Positions 37,191-52,638 of a stretch of DNA of 64,000 nt are shown here, one piece after another. Numbering within the stretch: position 1 is the stretch's first letter; each line of letters opens with the position of its first letter. Below the pieces are notes generated by a model. That model saw only the letters and a program-made list of their open reading frames with translations, ran no database searches and was not told the DNA's origin. The translations under genes and the position numbers were made by a program. Source of the stretch: Eledone cirrhosa (lineage: Eukaryota); assembly GCA_964016885.1 (NCBI GenBank), contig OZ024745.1, forward strand, positions 62,682,001 to 62,746,000. Direction: 5' to 3'.

Positions 37191-37805
37191 ATATGGAAAA
37201 TACCCAGAAAGAGCTAACAATCCTGATGTTGATAAAACTTTAACCCATCAGTGGATGGCATCCTCTGGACTGAAATCGGAGACTGAAGGACTGATTATAT
37301 CAGCAAAAGAACAGTGTCTGCCAACAACAAATTACCAAGCCAACATAATAAAAAATGGATGCAACCCATTATGCCATGTATGTAAAAATCAACCAGAGAA
37401 CATTGATCATATAATTTCAATGTGCAGCCCTATAGCTCCAACCGAATATCTAAATAAGCATGACAGAGCTGCACAATACATACATTGGATAATGTATAAG
37501 CATTTTGAACTGCCTCATCAAAAGAATTGGTGGGAGCATCAACCACCTCCCATAGTTGAAAAATATCACATCTCAATCTTGTGGAACTTTAGCATCCAAA
37601 CAGACCGAAAAATGGATGCAAATAGACGTGATATAATACTGAAGGACTTTAAAAAGAGGGTATGCCTGGTAATTGATATGTCCGTTCCAATAGATAAGAA
37701 TGTATCTATAAAAACATTTGAAAAATTGAGCAAGTATAAGGACCTGGAGATAGAAATTGGAAAAATGTGGTAATTGAGAGCTAAAGCAATACCAGTTGTT
37801 GTTAG
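37191..37805 (+). mobile_element. Dong family C 3' segment (duplicate of 39241-39856, lacking the 3' UTR)
   Basis: GLKSETEGLII..CHVC..ENIDHIISMC..LVIDMSVP..KYKDLEIEI; colinear with the downstream copy. Confidence 0.88.
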
Positions 37806-40136
37806 AAAAACCAGCACACAGAAATCCCCAGGAAAAGACAAAATACCAAATTTTTTGATAAATGCCTTCACATAGTCTCATTAGCTGTTAGCCCGACTTT
37901 ACAATGAAATGGTTAAGGAGCCAGAAAAGACACCACCATGGCTAGTTAACGGCATTACATTCCTACTTCCGAAGAATGATGAGACAAACAATCCCTAAAA
38001 TTACAGAGCGATAACTTGCATGACCACAATGTATACAATTTTAACATCAGTTCCAACTGAATATACATATGATCACCTGATAACAAATGATCTATTTCCC
38101 AATGAGCAGAAAGGGAGTAAACGAGGCTCATATAGCTGTAAAGATCAGCTTTTGGTTAACAAAATGATACTGGAAGATTGTCATTATAGACACAAAAATC
38201 TATCAATTGCTTGGATAGAATACAAAAAAGCATTCGGTAGTTTGTCACACAGTTGGATTGAAAAATGTTTAGAGATTTTCAAAATATCTTCTGTTGTCAG
38301 CAGGTTCCTGTCATTCAGTATGAAGACATGGAAAACGACACTCCTTTTGAATAGTGAAAAAGAAATCACTGGAAGCTGGAGAAATTAGTATTAATTGTGA
38401 AATTTTTCAGGGTGACTCTTTATCGCATTTATACCATTAAGTAAAATGCTCAATGAAACAAAACATGGATATAAAGTCTATGACAAAACAATTAATCACT
38501 TGTTCTACACGGATGACCTGAAACTATTTGCAAAAAATGAAGCAGTTCAGTGATGACATTAAAATGGAGTTTGGACTAGATAAATGAGCCAAAGCAACGT
38601 TCACCAGAGGAAAGCTGCTGAAAAGTTCAGACATTAATCTTGATCGGGGGAATGTAAGAACACTTGATCAAGAAGAAACTTACAAATATCTAGGTGTTTG
38701 TAAAGGAGACGGAATCAAGTACTTGACTATGAGGGAAAGGATAAGGAAGGAATGTTACCGCAGAGTAAGAGATATCTTAAGAACGGAATTGAATGCCCTA
38801 AACATGCTTACCATACCAGTAGTAACCTACAGTTACAATGTCATCAACTGGTCAAGCACAGAGATCCGCAGGCTCGATACAAAAATTAGAAAATTCTTAA
38901 CCATGCACAGAATGTATCACCCTAAGGCAGATACAGATAGAATATATCTCCCTAGGAAAGAAGGAGGACGTGGGTCAATCCAGTTAGAGAAAACTGCAAC
39001 AATTGGATTATCTACATATCTAAGGGAATCACATGATTGGATGTTCAAACTCGTTTTGAAACACATCAAAAGATCATACTCCATTACAAAAGATGAACAA
39101 AGATACAGTAATGGACTACAAATCTCAGAAGTTCCATTTACTGCTGAAATGAAAAACACAGAAAAAGCAAAGCAGGTAAAAGTAACTGCAAAGAAAGAAC
39201 TGCTACAGAAACTGGCTAAGAAATGGCAAGAAAAGCCTCTATATGGAAAATACCCAGAAAGAGCTAACAATCCTGATGTTGTCAAAACTGTAACCCATCA
39301 GTTGTTGGCATCCTCTGAACTGAAATCGGAGACTGAAGGACTGATTATATCAGCACAAGATCAGTGTCTGCCAACAAAAAATTACAAAGCCAACATAATA
39401 AAAAATGGATGCAAGCCATTTTGCCGTGTATGTAAAAAATAACCAGAGACCATTGATCATAACATTTCAATGTGCAGTCCTATAGCTCCAACCGAATACC
39501 TAAACATGCATGACAGAGCTGCACAATGCATACATTGGATAATGTGTAAGCATTTTGACCTTCCCCATCAAAAGAATTGGTGGGAGCATCAACCACCTCC
39601 CATAGTAGAAAAAGATCACATCTCAATCTTGTGGAACTTTAGCATCCAAACAGACTGAAAAATAGATGCAAATAGACGTGATATAATACTGTAGGACTTT
39701 AAAATGAGGGTATGCCTGGTAATTGATATGTCCGTTCCAATGGACAAAGAATATATTTAATAAAACATAAAAAAAAATTGAGCAAGTATAAGGACCTGGA
39801 GATAGAAATTGGAAAAATGTGGAAATTGAGAACTAAAACAATACCAGTGGTTGTAGGCGCTCTACGAATGATACCTAAGGGGTCTAATGATTACTTATCG
39901 CAAATCCCAGGCAACCCGCGTATAGGAGAAATACAAAAGATAGTACTAATGGGAACTGCCCATATACTCAGGAAGATTCTGTCAATATAAGTACATCATA
40001 AGTCTAAACACCTAAAGATGCATGTGTGTGTATGTATGTTCTTTCTTGAGCATGGCGGACCTTGTTGTCTCCTGAGGTCACTGGTTGTGACTTGGTGATA
40101 ACTTGTATGAACATAAAGCAAGATAAATGCAACTGC
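37806..40136 (+). mobile_element. R4/Dong-clade LINE family C, 5'-truncated
   Basis: KSPGKDKIPNF, CKDQLLVN, FQGDSL, HLFYTDDLK, YKYLG, terminal GTAHILRKILSI*; TAA tail. Confidence 0.9.
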
Positions 40137-40438
40137 AATAATAATAATAATAAATAAATAATAATAATGGTTTCTTTATTGGCCACAAGGGCTAACATGA
40201 AGAAAAATATTAGAGACGGCACAGAACAGTACAGGACAATACAAAGTGGGTTTTGGTCGTGTTAACAGGTTTTAACAAGATAGAAATCGGGCTAGAAATC
40301 AAACAAATTCAAAACAACAAAAATTCCCCAAAAAGGGGGAAATCTCCGAGGGTCACTCGTGGCGAAAACCACACAAAAGACCACGGCCACCCTTACCACC
40401 AGGGCAAGCACCCTCTATCAGTTTTCCCACTTCTCAGT

Positions 40439-43400
40439 CTAAAGGCGCATACTCAAAGCGGGCCCCTTCACTCGGACCAGACTCGCCACTTTCACCCACC
40501 TTTCAACAAACTTACTAGAAGACAGCACTTGCCTCTCCACCCTGATTTTCCTCTTCAAGTGAAACTTGAAAAAGTTAATCAGGGATTGGCCGGAGAGGAA
40601 AGTATCTGTCTTCAACCCTTTCAACCTTGTCCACCACACAATCTCTTTCGCCATGGCCACCAGGCAGATGAAAACTGCCTGCCATTCCTCCTCTTTAAAG
40701 GAGGATGGCGGAGCTATCTGCACAATGGAGCCAGTCGATAACCAGATCCGTTCTACACGCGAGAGCAGCTGTTCGACATAGCTCCACAAGTCAGCAATTC
40801 TCAAGCACTGAACGAGTGCGTGCAGGACGGTTTCGTCTCCCTGCACGCATCTCGGACAGGCTCGACTGAGAGCACCTCCGTGCCTGTAGAGCTTATCTCG
40901 AACCGGCAACGCTTCCCGGTAGCATTGCCAGGCCTTGTATTTCTGGAAGTTGTCCATAGGCCCCGGACTGAAGGTTCTCTTGAAGAGAGCGAACAGCTGA
41001 TCGTCATCGACGCCCAGGGTTTCCCCGAGAACATCATCGTACTTTCCCTCCACTAGCCCTCTATAGAACGCAGAGGTGGATGTTCTACCGATACTAGTGC
41101 CAAGCTGGTAGAGGGCAGTGAGCGCTTGGACATATTCCAGTTTCAAGGCGCTATCCCTCGGTCTTTTCTTGAGCCAGGACTGCAGCTCCGTGAAGGAGAC
41201 GAGCTGGGGAAAAGCGCGTCTGGCAAACGGTGACCACACCTGTTCACTGTCAAGCGCGTCTGGCAAACGGTGACCACACCTGTTCACTGTCAAGGAAGCA
41301 CCCGAGATGTCTCAGCCTCAGCGCATGTTTGTACATCATCAGCCACGGCATGCCTAGTCCTCCACACAACGGGTGTTGACAGCAAATGGATCGTCTGACC
41401 ATGGGAGCACGTCCTTTCCACAAAAAGCGGAAGAGAAGGCGCTCCATTTTGGTCAGAGTTGGGCGGAAGCAACGTACGACGGTCAGGCCGTAGCAGATGT
41501 ACACATTCGCCACCTCCGCCCGACCTTTCAGAGACAGCCTCCTCTCGGCCCATTTCGGGGTGAGAGAGGCCACCCTGCTCGTCATCTCGCTCCAGTTTTT
41601 CTCCATATAGATGTCCGGACCGAACCAGACCCCTAGCAATTTAAACGGTCCTTATGTCTAGCGCCCCACGACGCTGTCGGACGGCATGGACTTGCCTCTC
41701 CAGGTGCCGAGTTGCAAGCCCACCGACTTTTCCTTGTTTATCTTTGCTCCTGTCACCGCTTCGTATTCCTTGAGAGCGATGCCGAGGATCTAGACGTGTT
41801 TGGTGCTCGACACCACCACGGTAACGTCGTCGGCGTAAGCTGACACGGATCTCCAGCATCCCAGTTCGCGTGGGATCCCCCTCATCGTCTCCAATTTGTG
41901 CAGTAACAGCTCGAGGGCCAGTATGTACAAGAGGGACGAGAGGTGGCAACCCTGCCGGACCGAGCGCGTGATGCTGGAAGGCTGTGACAGGTGACCATTC
42001 ACCCTCATAATCGAGCAGATGTCGCTCTGCATCGCAGCAATCCAGCCGCTAAAAACGGGCCTGAAGCCGGCCACCTCGAGGACCGCAGCCAGGTACCGAT
42101 GGTCGACCCTATCAAATGCTTTAGATTGATCCAATTGATCAGGCCCCCACACGTGCCATATTCCTTAACCACCTTCTTTATGATGTATCGCACGAGATGG
42201 AGGTTGTCGTGGATGGATCTATCCGGAATGACGCATGTCTGCGCCTCTCCCACCAGATCAGCGACGACAAACGCTGATCTCTTTGCTAACACCTTGGCCA
42301 AAACTTAAACTCTGCGTTTAGCAGAGTTATGGGCCTGAAGTTGTCTATAACGTCCCCCTTGTTTGGGTATTTTCTCAGCAGCTCCACCGCTCCCCGGCTC
42401 ACAAAACTGGGAATGCTCCCGTTCTGCTGCCAGTTGCAGCAGACATATGCCAAAATGTCGCCGAACAAGTCTGTCATATACGCATAAAGCTCGTAGGGCA
42501 GACCATCCAAATGTTGAAATGCCGCACACATATGCTCGGGTTTGAGCAACATGCGCCCGTTTTGATCAGGCAAAGACCGAATTGTGGACTTATTGCCCCG
42601 TCGCGCCACCACCACCCGGGCCCATTGAACGGCTTTCGTCCCCTCGTGTCTTAGAGCACGCGATCTAGCTCTGACCACGCAGCCTTCATGCTTTGCGTTG
42701 AAGAATTGGTCGAGTGCCAATCTCACCGTAAGCACGTCGGTTGCGATGCCTGTCCTAAACGCCTCTTCTAGCTTTCTAACTAACTCTCCCTCTTCTCTAT
42801 TTTCCTCTATCACTACTCATTTGCTAAGCCTTATCGATTCTACTCTAATAGCCCTTTTCCGGGTAAACAACCCCCTGTTGTTGACGATCGCACCCGTCAA
42901 CGCACGCTTAACTAATTCGCTAATCCGGTCTCTGTAAGCTATGCGTACCGGGAATGATGCGTCCAGCTTCCAGTAACCGGGCCCTTGACTATGGAGTCTA
43001 TCTAAGTCAACATCACGGATCATCAAATTTGTGGTTCGTGTAGTCGACTGCTTTAAATTGTGGACAACCTACGCTAGCGTTATCTGTTTCCCTACAGAAT
43101 ACCCTATCTAAATACGATCTGGATGACCCGATGCGGTTTGCCAATGTCCATATTGGCACATTCCGATAATCCAGTCTATACCTGTCAGAGAGTTCAAAAC
43201 GTCTGAGAAGATTGTTGATGCTTTTAGACCCTCCTGCCCTGTCTACTAGCCCCACATAATCCCAGCGGGCTTCTAAGATACCGTTCTAGTTGCCCACTAA
43301 CACTAAAGAGCGGGACGTTCTAAGAAAGGTCTCTAGATGTCAGAAGAAATCTGACCGTACTGCCCCTGTTGTGGCGTACACGGCTACTAGCCTGAAAGCA

Positions 43401-43708
43401 TTGACTTCACTGCCGGTCATATCCAGCACCACCGACTTACCTTCTGGGTGCAGGAAGATGGCCCGTATGGCGAGATCCAACCCTCTCCGAAAAAGCACAG
43501 AATCTCCTTCCCCCATCCTCGACGACTGGGAGATGCGTATACATCGTAGCCGCCGAAGATCGGTGTGAAGGCTCGTGCTTCGAAACGTCTGGTCTCGCTG
43601 ATGGCCATCACATCTATGTTTAGTGTGAGATAGTTAAGCAGGTGGCCCTGCTTCCAAAGATGACCCCAGTCCACGTACATTTATACTGCCTATTCTAAGT
43701 AAGGCCAT
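40439..43708 (-). pseudogene. Tx1-like ORF2 (APE, RT, zf-RVT)
   Basis: MALLRIGSINV, AISET, SYLDR, NFRPITLLN, KAFDRVDH, RQGC, AYADD, CPRC..ETVLHALVQC. A 40-bp tandem duplication at 41212-41291 shifts the frame. Confidence 0.88.
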
Positions 43709-43749
43709 GTTTGGTGAGGAATGGAGTAAGTGAGAAAGGATCACCTACC

Positions 43750-45764
43750 ATGATTGTGTGGGAAAGGGACAGTTGAATCGTCCCTTTGGCTGGTGACGGG
43801 TGTTTCCAAGATGATGTCGGTGTATATCTTCTGGGGAACCGACCCTCTGAAGTCTCCAACTGCGTAGGGGAATTTTTCTTTTAGAAGTTTATAATGTTCT
43901 ATTTTGATTTCAATAATCTTTCAATTTTTTGGGACAGTTCTTGGTGTTGGTGGGGTGTAGTAATGTTTGTCTGTGATATTTGTGTGCTGCTTTATATGTT
44001 GTAAGAGTTCTTTATTGGCCATGTTTATGGATGTGTACTTTTTTTTGGAGGGGGGGGGAGTGGTGGTTTTGTTGCTGTTTTCTTGTTGTTGCTGTTGGGT
44101 GTGTGTGCTTTGTTTGTTATGTTTGCGATGTTGGTGTTTTTTGGTGTTGCTGGTGGTGGTGTTGTTGTTGGTGGTGATGCTTGTGGTGGCGATGGTGATG
44201 GTGGTCGTTTTGCTGCAAGTCTCCTTGCAGCCTTTATCCATCTTTGTTTGCCTTTGCTTTTAGAGGGTGAAGCTAAGGGTTTTTTTCTTTTTTTTTTTTT
44301 TTTGTTGCAGACCGTTTGCCACTTCCCTCCCACCTCACACACCATGTCGGATTCCGTGGCGTCAGGGAGGGGTATGAGCTACACTGCTGTTGGTGGTGGT
44401 AGTGGAGCCCGCTTCGGCAATTTTGCCGTCTGTGTAGCTACTGCGACTGTTGGTGTTGCCGCCACTACTGCCGCTGTTTTATTTGTCCGTGGCCATGGTA
44501 TGGGTGCAACAGACGTTGCTCTCCTACTCACTATGGAAGGGTCTTCTGCCTCTGTTGCCTGTCCTGCTCTTGGTAGCAGCGGATCAAGCGTCGGAAGGAG
44601 GGGGGCCCTCTTCTTGGCTGTCTTCCACGGGCAGAAGACCCTGAGGTGACCCTTATGCCCACAGAGATAGCACTTTGGGCGCATTACTTCCACGCTTATA
44701 GTCAGTTGGAATCCTTCCTCGAGGTCTATGATATCTGGGATGGCCTCGATGCACTCCTGGTCAGTTTGTATTAGCATTTGCATGCCTATTACTGGCCAGT
44801 TCTCACTTCCCGTTCTCTGTATTTGCAGTATGGTGGTCCTGTCCTCGATTTCAGCAATTACAGACGCGGCCAGCCAAGGCATGGCCACAACGGGCGTGAC
44901 TTGGGTCACTTTGACCCTCTCAATTTTCTACTCGCAGTAGGAGGGCACCAAGACTATCTCCACACTCTTTGGGTTTCCAAAGTGTGAGACTTTGCCTCTT
45001 GGTGGGTGGGGGTGATAAGTACGTCTACAATGGCGGACTTTTTTCCTCGGGTGATGTTTGTTTTGCGCGCCCAGACGCACCCCAATGCCTTTTGATTTGA
45101 GCCTCTATGGCTCACTCCACCCGATGTGACATATTGCTTACGGTGCGGTAAGTCACCGTCCGCAGCTGCTCGTCTTTGAAGAAATCGGGTGGGGGTTTCA
45201 GGGAAACTCTATTGTCATTTCTTGTCACCATGGCTCTTGCGACTGCCATCTCCTCCTCCGTGACTAGCACTGTCTCTATATTTCGGGCGACACCTGCGAA
45301 AGAAGTGGCCCCTTTTTCAGCCGTACCATTATTGCTGCTGCTACGGCTGCTACTGGTCTTTTTGTTGGTGCTGTTGTTGTTGCTACTGCTACAAACGGTG
45401 TTGTTGGTGTTGTTGCTGTCATGACTGTTGTAGTTGGTTGTGTTTTTGGTGCTACCTTTGTTGTTGTTTTCGGTGCAATTTGCATTGTTGCTGTTGATAT
45501 TGTCATTGTTTATTTTCTTGTTCGTGGTGTTAATATCGTTGTTGTATTTGTTGTCATTTTTTATGTTGTCTGTATTTTGGTTGTCGCTGTTATTGTTGTA
45601 GTTGGTGTGGTAATTTTTTAAAAATTAGTGTTCTCGGTGTTGTTGTCTTTGTTCACGTTGGTTGTGGTGGTGTTTGTTGTATCAATTTCTGCAACCCTCC
45701 TCTCAACTTTTACGCGGTTGTCACACGGCAGCAGACATATAGCTGGGGGGCGTGACTCAGCCAT
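43750..45764 (-). pseudogene. Tx1-like ORF1
   Basis: ATGGCTG start as in family 1, Thr-rich N-terminus, CYLCGHKGHLRVFC knuckle, WQTV..KKKK motif; multiple frameshifts. The 3' end is approximate. Confidence 0.75.
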
Positions 45765-47178
45765 GTTTTTTTATTTTATTTTTAAATGTAAAATGTTCAA
45801 ATATTTGGGCCCAAAAGCCCAAATATTATACTTTCCCTTTCACAGGGCAAAGAAAAATTTGACAACACATAATTATAACAGGTAAATAAAGCGACTTACT
45901 GGGAGCGAGCAAAACGACGTCCGAACAGACCAATAATAATAATAATAATAATAAAAATCTTGATAATAATAATAAAAAAGAAGACGGATGGGGAAGGGGA
46001 AAATGTAGAATATAAAGATATAGGAGAAAAATATTAATAATAAAAAGAAGAGATGGTGGAGGAGGCAAAGAAGCAAAAAAGTACAAAGAAGAAAAAAATA
46101 ATAGAGGCGTACAACAACTGCATATTGTTAATAACATAAAGTTTAAAATCAATAGGAATAAATGTTCTCTATTTTTTTGTAATATAAAAATACATTTAAA
46201 TATTAACAGTTCTTAATGCTGACCTCCGTGTGCATTATGGTCATTATACTCTGATATTTTTTTATAGAATTCCATAGCCCCATAGTCTTAAACTTATATA
46301 AGAAAAATATATCCTAAATTTATATCTATCTATCCCCTTCTTATTTTGAGCAAACATCGACATATAGGAAGAATTGTATTATGAAGTAATTGAAAAGACT
46401 TTTGGAAAGAAACGTGTGAAGATCTTCAAGAACTTTAGCAAATAAATAAAATCAGCCAAGAACATTATATAATAATTATGTTTATGTATTAAAAAATAAA
46501 TAAATGGAAAGAAAAACCTAAATATATGTTGGAAACTTGCGTTCCACTAACTACAGGATGGAATATTGCGCAACGGGAAGAATTCAATAAAATGTCATTT
46601 TCGAAAGATCTACATGAATGTTTGTAGGAATGTGAAGAGAAATCACAATGTGGTATTAAATCTTTGAAGATAATGTCGAACAAGCTTCACAATCCGAATG
46701 AATTGAATGGGCAATAGGTGACAGTATTGTTCAGAACTTCAGATATCCTGAGGAAAAATTTCTGTCTGAATCATGCAGACTTGATGGAAAATAATTTTAT
46801 TTTCATTCTCCATTATTATGGACGAGTACAGTCAATACAGATGATAATTACAAATATTAACAATAATAACAACAATAATAACAATATTGATAACAACATA
46901 ACAAACGTTATCGTAATTGTCAATTACGATATAAAAATAATAATAATTATAACAGTAAATTTTAATAAGTTTTATTAGATGAGTAAGTAATATGGGGTAT
47001 GTTTAGAGCCATTGTTAGTTTCATCTTTTGAGATAAAAACAAAACAACAGGAAAGATAAAATATTATTCAATGAAGATGACAGGAAAATATAGTATTTAA
47101 TTGTATAACATTTGCAGTGATTTGCTTCTCTTTACGCATGATTACATTTATTTTTAAATAGGTGTATGTATGCTTATA

Positions 47179-47233
<55 letters not shown>

Positions 47234-47298
47234 TATATGTATATATACATGTATATATGTGTGTGTGAGTATGTATATATATTCATACATATATATAT

Positions 47299-47334
<36 letters not shown>

Positions 47335-47345
47335 CTATATATAAG

Positions 47346-47465
<120 letters not shown>

Positions 47466-47922
47466 TATATGTATATATGTGGGTGTGAGTGGGTGTTGAT
47501 CTGTGAGTGTATATGTACATACTTTCATATGTAGACTTTTTTCAATGAAAATATAAATTCATCTATAAATATATTTATTGTAGATTGATGGTCACATAGT
47601 TAGAATAATATGGAAGTTCCATCACTTCTTGTTAAAAGTATCAATAGTCATGATATGTTTGTGATTTTGTGTTACATCTATTACCAATGTGTAGAAATGC
47701 TTGGTGTTCATTCTAACGGAGAATCACGTTAGCTTATGCGTATATACAAATATATCTATATATCGTTAACTTAAACAATACTAATTGGAATTTCAAATGT
47801 GAGAGTCCCAAAATAGTTGACTACAATATTAGCGGATAACTCTAAAAATAATTAGCATAATTCGGATAAAGTACACTTGGTAACGAAGAAGAGCAGACAG
47901 AAGTACCGCTATCCACTTTGCA

Positions 47923-48051
<129 letters not shown>

Positions 48052-48052
48052 A

Positions 48053-48089
<37 letters not shown>

Positions 48090-48120
48090 TATACAAAGAT
48101 ATGAGATCGAGATACGTGTG

Positions 48121-48155
<35 letters not shown>

Positions 48156-48527
48156 TGTGTACAAATGTGATGTTTATGGACCTTCATTGTCTCATTTATT
48201 TTCAGAAAGAATAAAGACGTGATTTGATACGCCTTCATTTTGGAAAGGCCGTAATGATTAATGTACATATTCCTGCCGGTATTTGAAATCCAAAGCTAGA
48301 TTTATACGTCAGCTATCTAGTGCATTTGATTGCGCAAAACACAAGATTAAATAAAAGGAAAAATGACATGTCACACTATAAAATATGTAATGGACAAATA
48401 AACAGTAGAATCGTATAATTGATTTGGGCTTTGAATACTATGCACATTTGATAAAAGATTTATTCCATATATATATATATATACATATGTATATAGGTAC
48501 GTACATTTATATATATAAGTATATATA

Positions 48528-48570
<43 letters not shown>

Positions 48571-49386
48571 ATTTCAGCAGCTTTGGTAAATTTCTATATG
48601 TATACACCATTTTACAATACATTTTTTTCCTTAGTATTTAACACCATATAATTTATGTTTTCAATATCATAAAGAATACATATGTATACTTATATATTCA
48701 CATGCGCCACAAACATAGACACACACATATATATTTATATAAGTGTATGTATCTGTATTTGTGTGGTGTGGATTGTGTGTGTGTGTATCTGTGTGTGTGT
48801 ATGTATGTGTGTGTGTGTGTGTATGCATGCGTGTGTTTTCATGTCAGGGTGTATAAATGTCGGTTTTCAGGTCAAAGTGAACCCATGCTATACGATACCT
48901 TTATGTTCATACGACATGCACTTTCATTTTTGAATGTAACAACTTTTATACTGTTCAAATTTCAAACGTACTTGCGTCAAACTGAAGGCATATATTCACA
49001 GCAATTCATATATTTGCAATATTTTCTTTTCAATTCTGAGTATGATATATCGAAGGGAAAAATAAATGGTGAGTTTAAATATCATTTTAAAAAATATCCT
49101 GTTAATATTTGCTTCTTAATTTAAAATTTAGAATTTTTCAGTGCTTTCACTGAAGAATAGAATATATCCTCTTTTCAAAAAATAATTTCATAAACAAATA
49201 GGGACTTTTAAATTTATATAAATACATGCATATATCTATATCTATATCTATATATATAAATATATATATATAATATATATTTACATATATATATATGTAT
49301 ATGAATATATATATGTATATGTATATATTATTCATATATATATGTATTTATATATATATATATATTCATATATATATATATATATA

Positions 49387-49473
<87 letters not shown>

Positions 49474-49855
49474 TTATATATATATATACATACATATATA
49501 TTTGTATATATATATATGTATATATATTTATACATATGTGTGTGTGTGTGAGTATGTGCATGGGAATGTATGTAATTTTTAGGAAATTTCAAGTCAGACA
49601 AAAATAGTTTATTTTAAGACAGTTTTCAGAATATTCAAATTATCTCGCTGAGGAGAAAAAAATGAAAATATTATTACAATTCAGTGCTTGAATTGGTATA
49701 GGCAAACAGCAACGATCTGATTAATGCGTACACGTTAATCTTTTTTTACCATATATTCTCTGAGATGACATCAAGTGTGTTTTGGGCACATGAGTCGATT
49801 TTATAGACATTTTTATATTTCTATAGGTTGTATCATAAAGTTAACTATTATGTAT

Positions 49856-50054
<199 letters not shown>

Positions 50055-50341
50055 ATATATTTATATTTCTTTACATATACATATATTTCCATTTTAGAAA
50101 GGTGGAACTTGCAAAAGAAAATTCAAACTTTCTGTTGGTATGTCAATATATATATATATATATACATATATATATACATATATATATACATACCTTCATA
50201 TCTATCTATCTATATAAATATATATATATATATATATATACGTATATATATATATGTGGGTGTGTGTATATATATAAATATATATATATATATGAGTATC
50301 TGTATATATATATATATATCTGAGTGTGTATGTGAGTATAA

Positions 50342-50468
<127 letters not shown>

Positions 50469-50724
50469 TATACGACAAAACGTCAATAGAGAAATTGGGC
50501 GAGGTTAAATGTTTGAAATTTATATAACATAATGCCACAAGCTTTATATTGAATACCAAATAGTCGAAAGTGGAAGGGACATCACCATCATTGCAGAAGA
50601 AATGGATAAATTTGGCTCCCTCTATTATTTTTAGAATTATTCACTCATTTATAGTTTGTAAATGATTTGTGGCAGCTTTTCAATATAGAGAACTATATAT
50701 GTATATATACATACATATATATAC

Positions 50725-50808
<84 letters not shown>

Positions 50809-50810
50809 CA

Positions 50811-50851
<41 letters not shown>

Positions 50852-50852
50852 A

Positions 50853-50929
<77 letters not shown>

Positions 50930-51239
50930 TATGTATATATATATATGTGTGTGTGTGTGTGTTTATATATATATTTATATATATATATATATACATAAAA
51001 ACAGATGTGCAGCGATATGTTATGATGCGCAATGTTATAGGAAATAATTAAGTTTTTGTCAATAGATATATGCATTTTTTTTTTTAACAATTAAGTTTGT
51101 ATGGCACAGAACAATATAACGTTTTGAAGCAGAAGTTTAGAAATCTCTATTTTATATTAACATATCATATTCATCGCACACAAGTTTTTCTATCTACACA
51201 CAATCGCACACATACACCACCACCCGTGCATGCACACAT

Positions 51240-51271
<32 letters not shown>

Positions 51272-51439
51272 TTGTGCGTGTGTGTAGAAATAAATATATA
51301 TGCATGTATATATGTATAAATATATATATATCTGGACCCTGACGGCTGAGCTGTTGCCGTTTCAACAGCTAGTTGTACACTCATTATATTATTGATATAT
51401 ATACATACATAAATACACACACACACGCACATATATATG

Positions 51440-51756
<317 letters not shown>

Positions 51757-51822
51757 TATGCGTTTACGTGTGTGTGTACGTTTATACAGATATAATTTTC
51801 GTTATGTTTGTATATACACACA

Positions 51823-51916
<94 letters not shown>

Positions 51917-52601
51917 ATAATAAACGACAAATCAACATGTGTAATGTTACAAAGACGGTGTGATTTGGTATACATTTTTTGCATTCTAACAAATAGGATC
52001 AATTTTACTTGTAATTGAATGAGGTCTGTCTCGCGTTAATACATATTCTGATTTTTTTTCTCAGATAGCAGCAACCGTATTTCAATGATGATCGCTTTAT
52101 ATTTTTTTGTTTCATGAAATTTTCTCGTTTTTCGAATTTAGCTTTCAATGTGTCATGTTTTTTTTTTCTTTTATATTTGAAGAAAGGGTGTTGACATATT
52201 GAATTACATTATGTGCCAATTTAATGAAACACCCATCTTACAGGATAATGCAAATGCATGCATCATTTTCCAGTTCATCTTTCGTATATTTTCACATCGT
52301 GCAAAATAAAATCTGACATTTTCATGTATACATACATATATATATACATGATGGCTTCCCCTCGTTACCGAGTATGGCCATTGCACGATATACAATTATT
52401 AATAATTATTAATGAATTCTATCGTCCAATGCCTGTGCGTGAAGGTATTTTTTAAAGTTTGGAAAGACTGTGCACTGAGCCAATCCCACTCTCTTAGCGA
52501 CAGTAACTATAACCCGAAAAGAAGAAAAGATCAACATCATCGCTGACTACTGAGCAGCAGGTTTTATATCGGAATTATCCCAGTTTCCTTAGTTGCCTTC
52601 T

Positions 52602-52638
<37 letters not shown>

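Larger units (their letters stand above)
40169..45931 (-). mobile_element. Tx1-like LINE family 2, both ends present, decayed
   Basis: Same architecture as family 1; 5' end ATT|GGTCTG; AATAAA then (ATT)n at the 3' end; TAA tracts on both sides. Confidence 0.88.
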
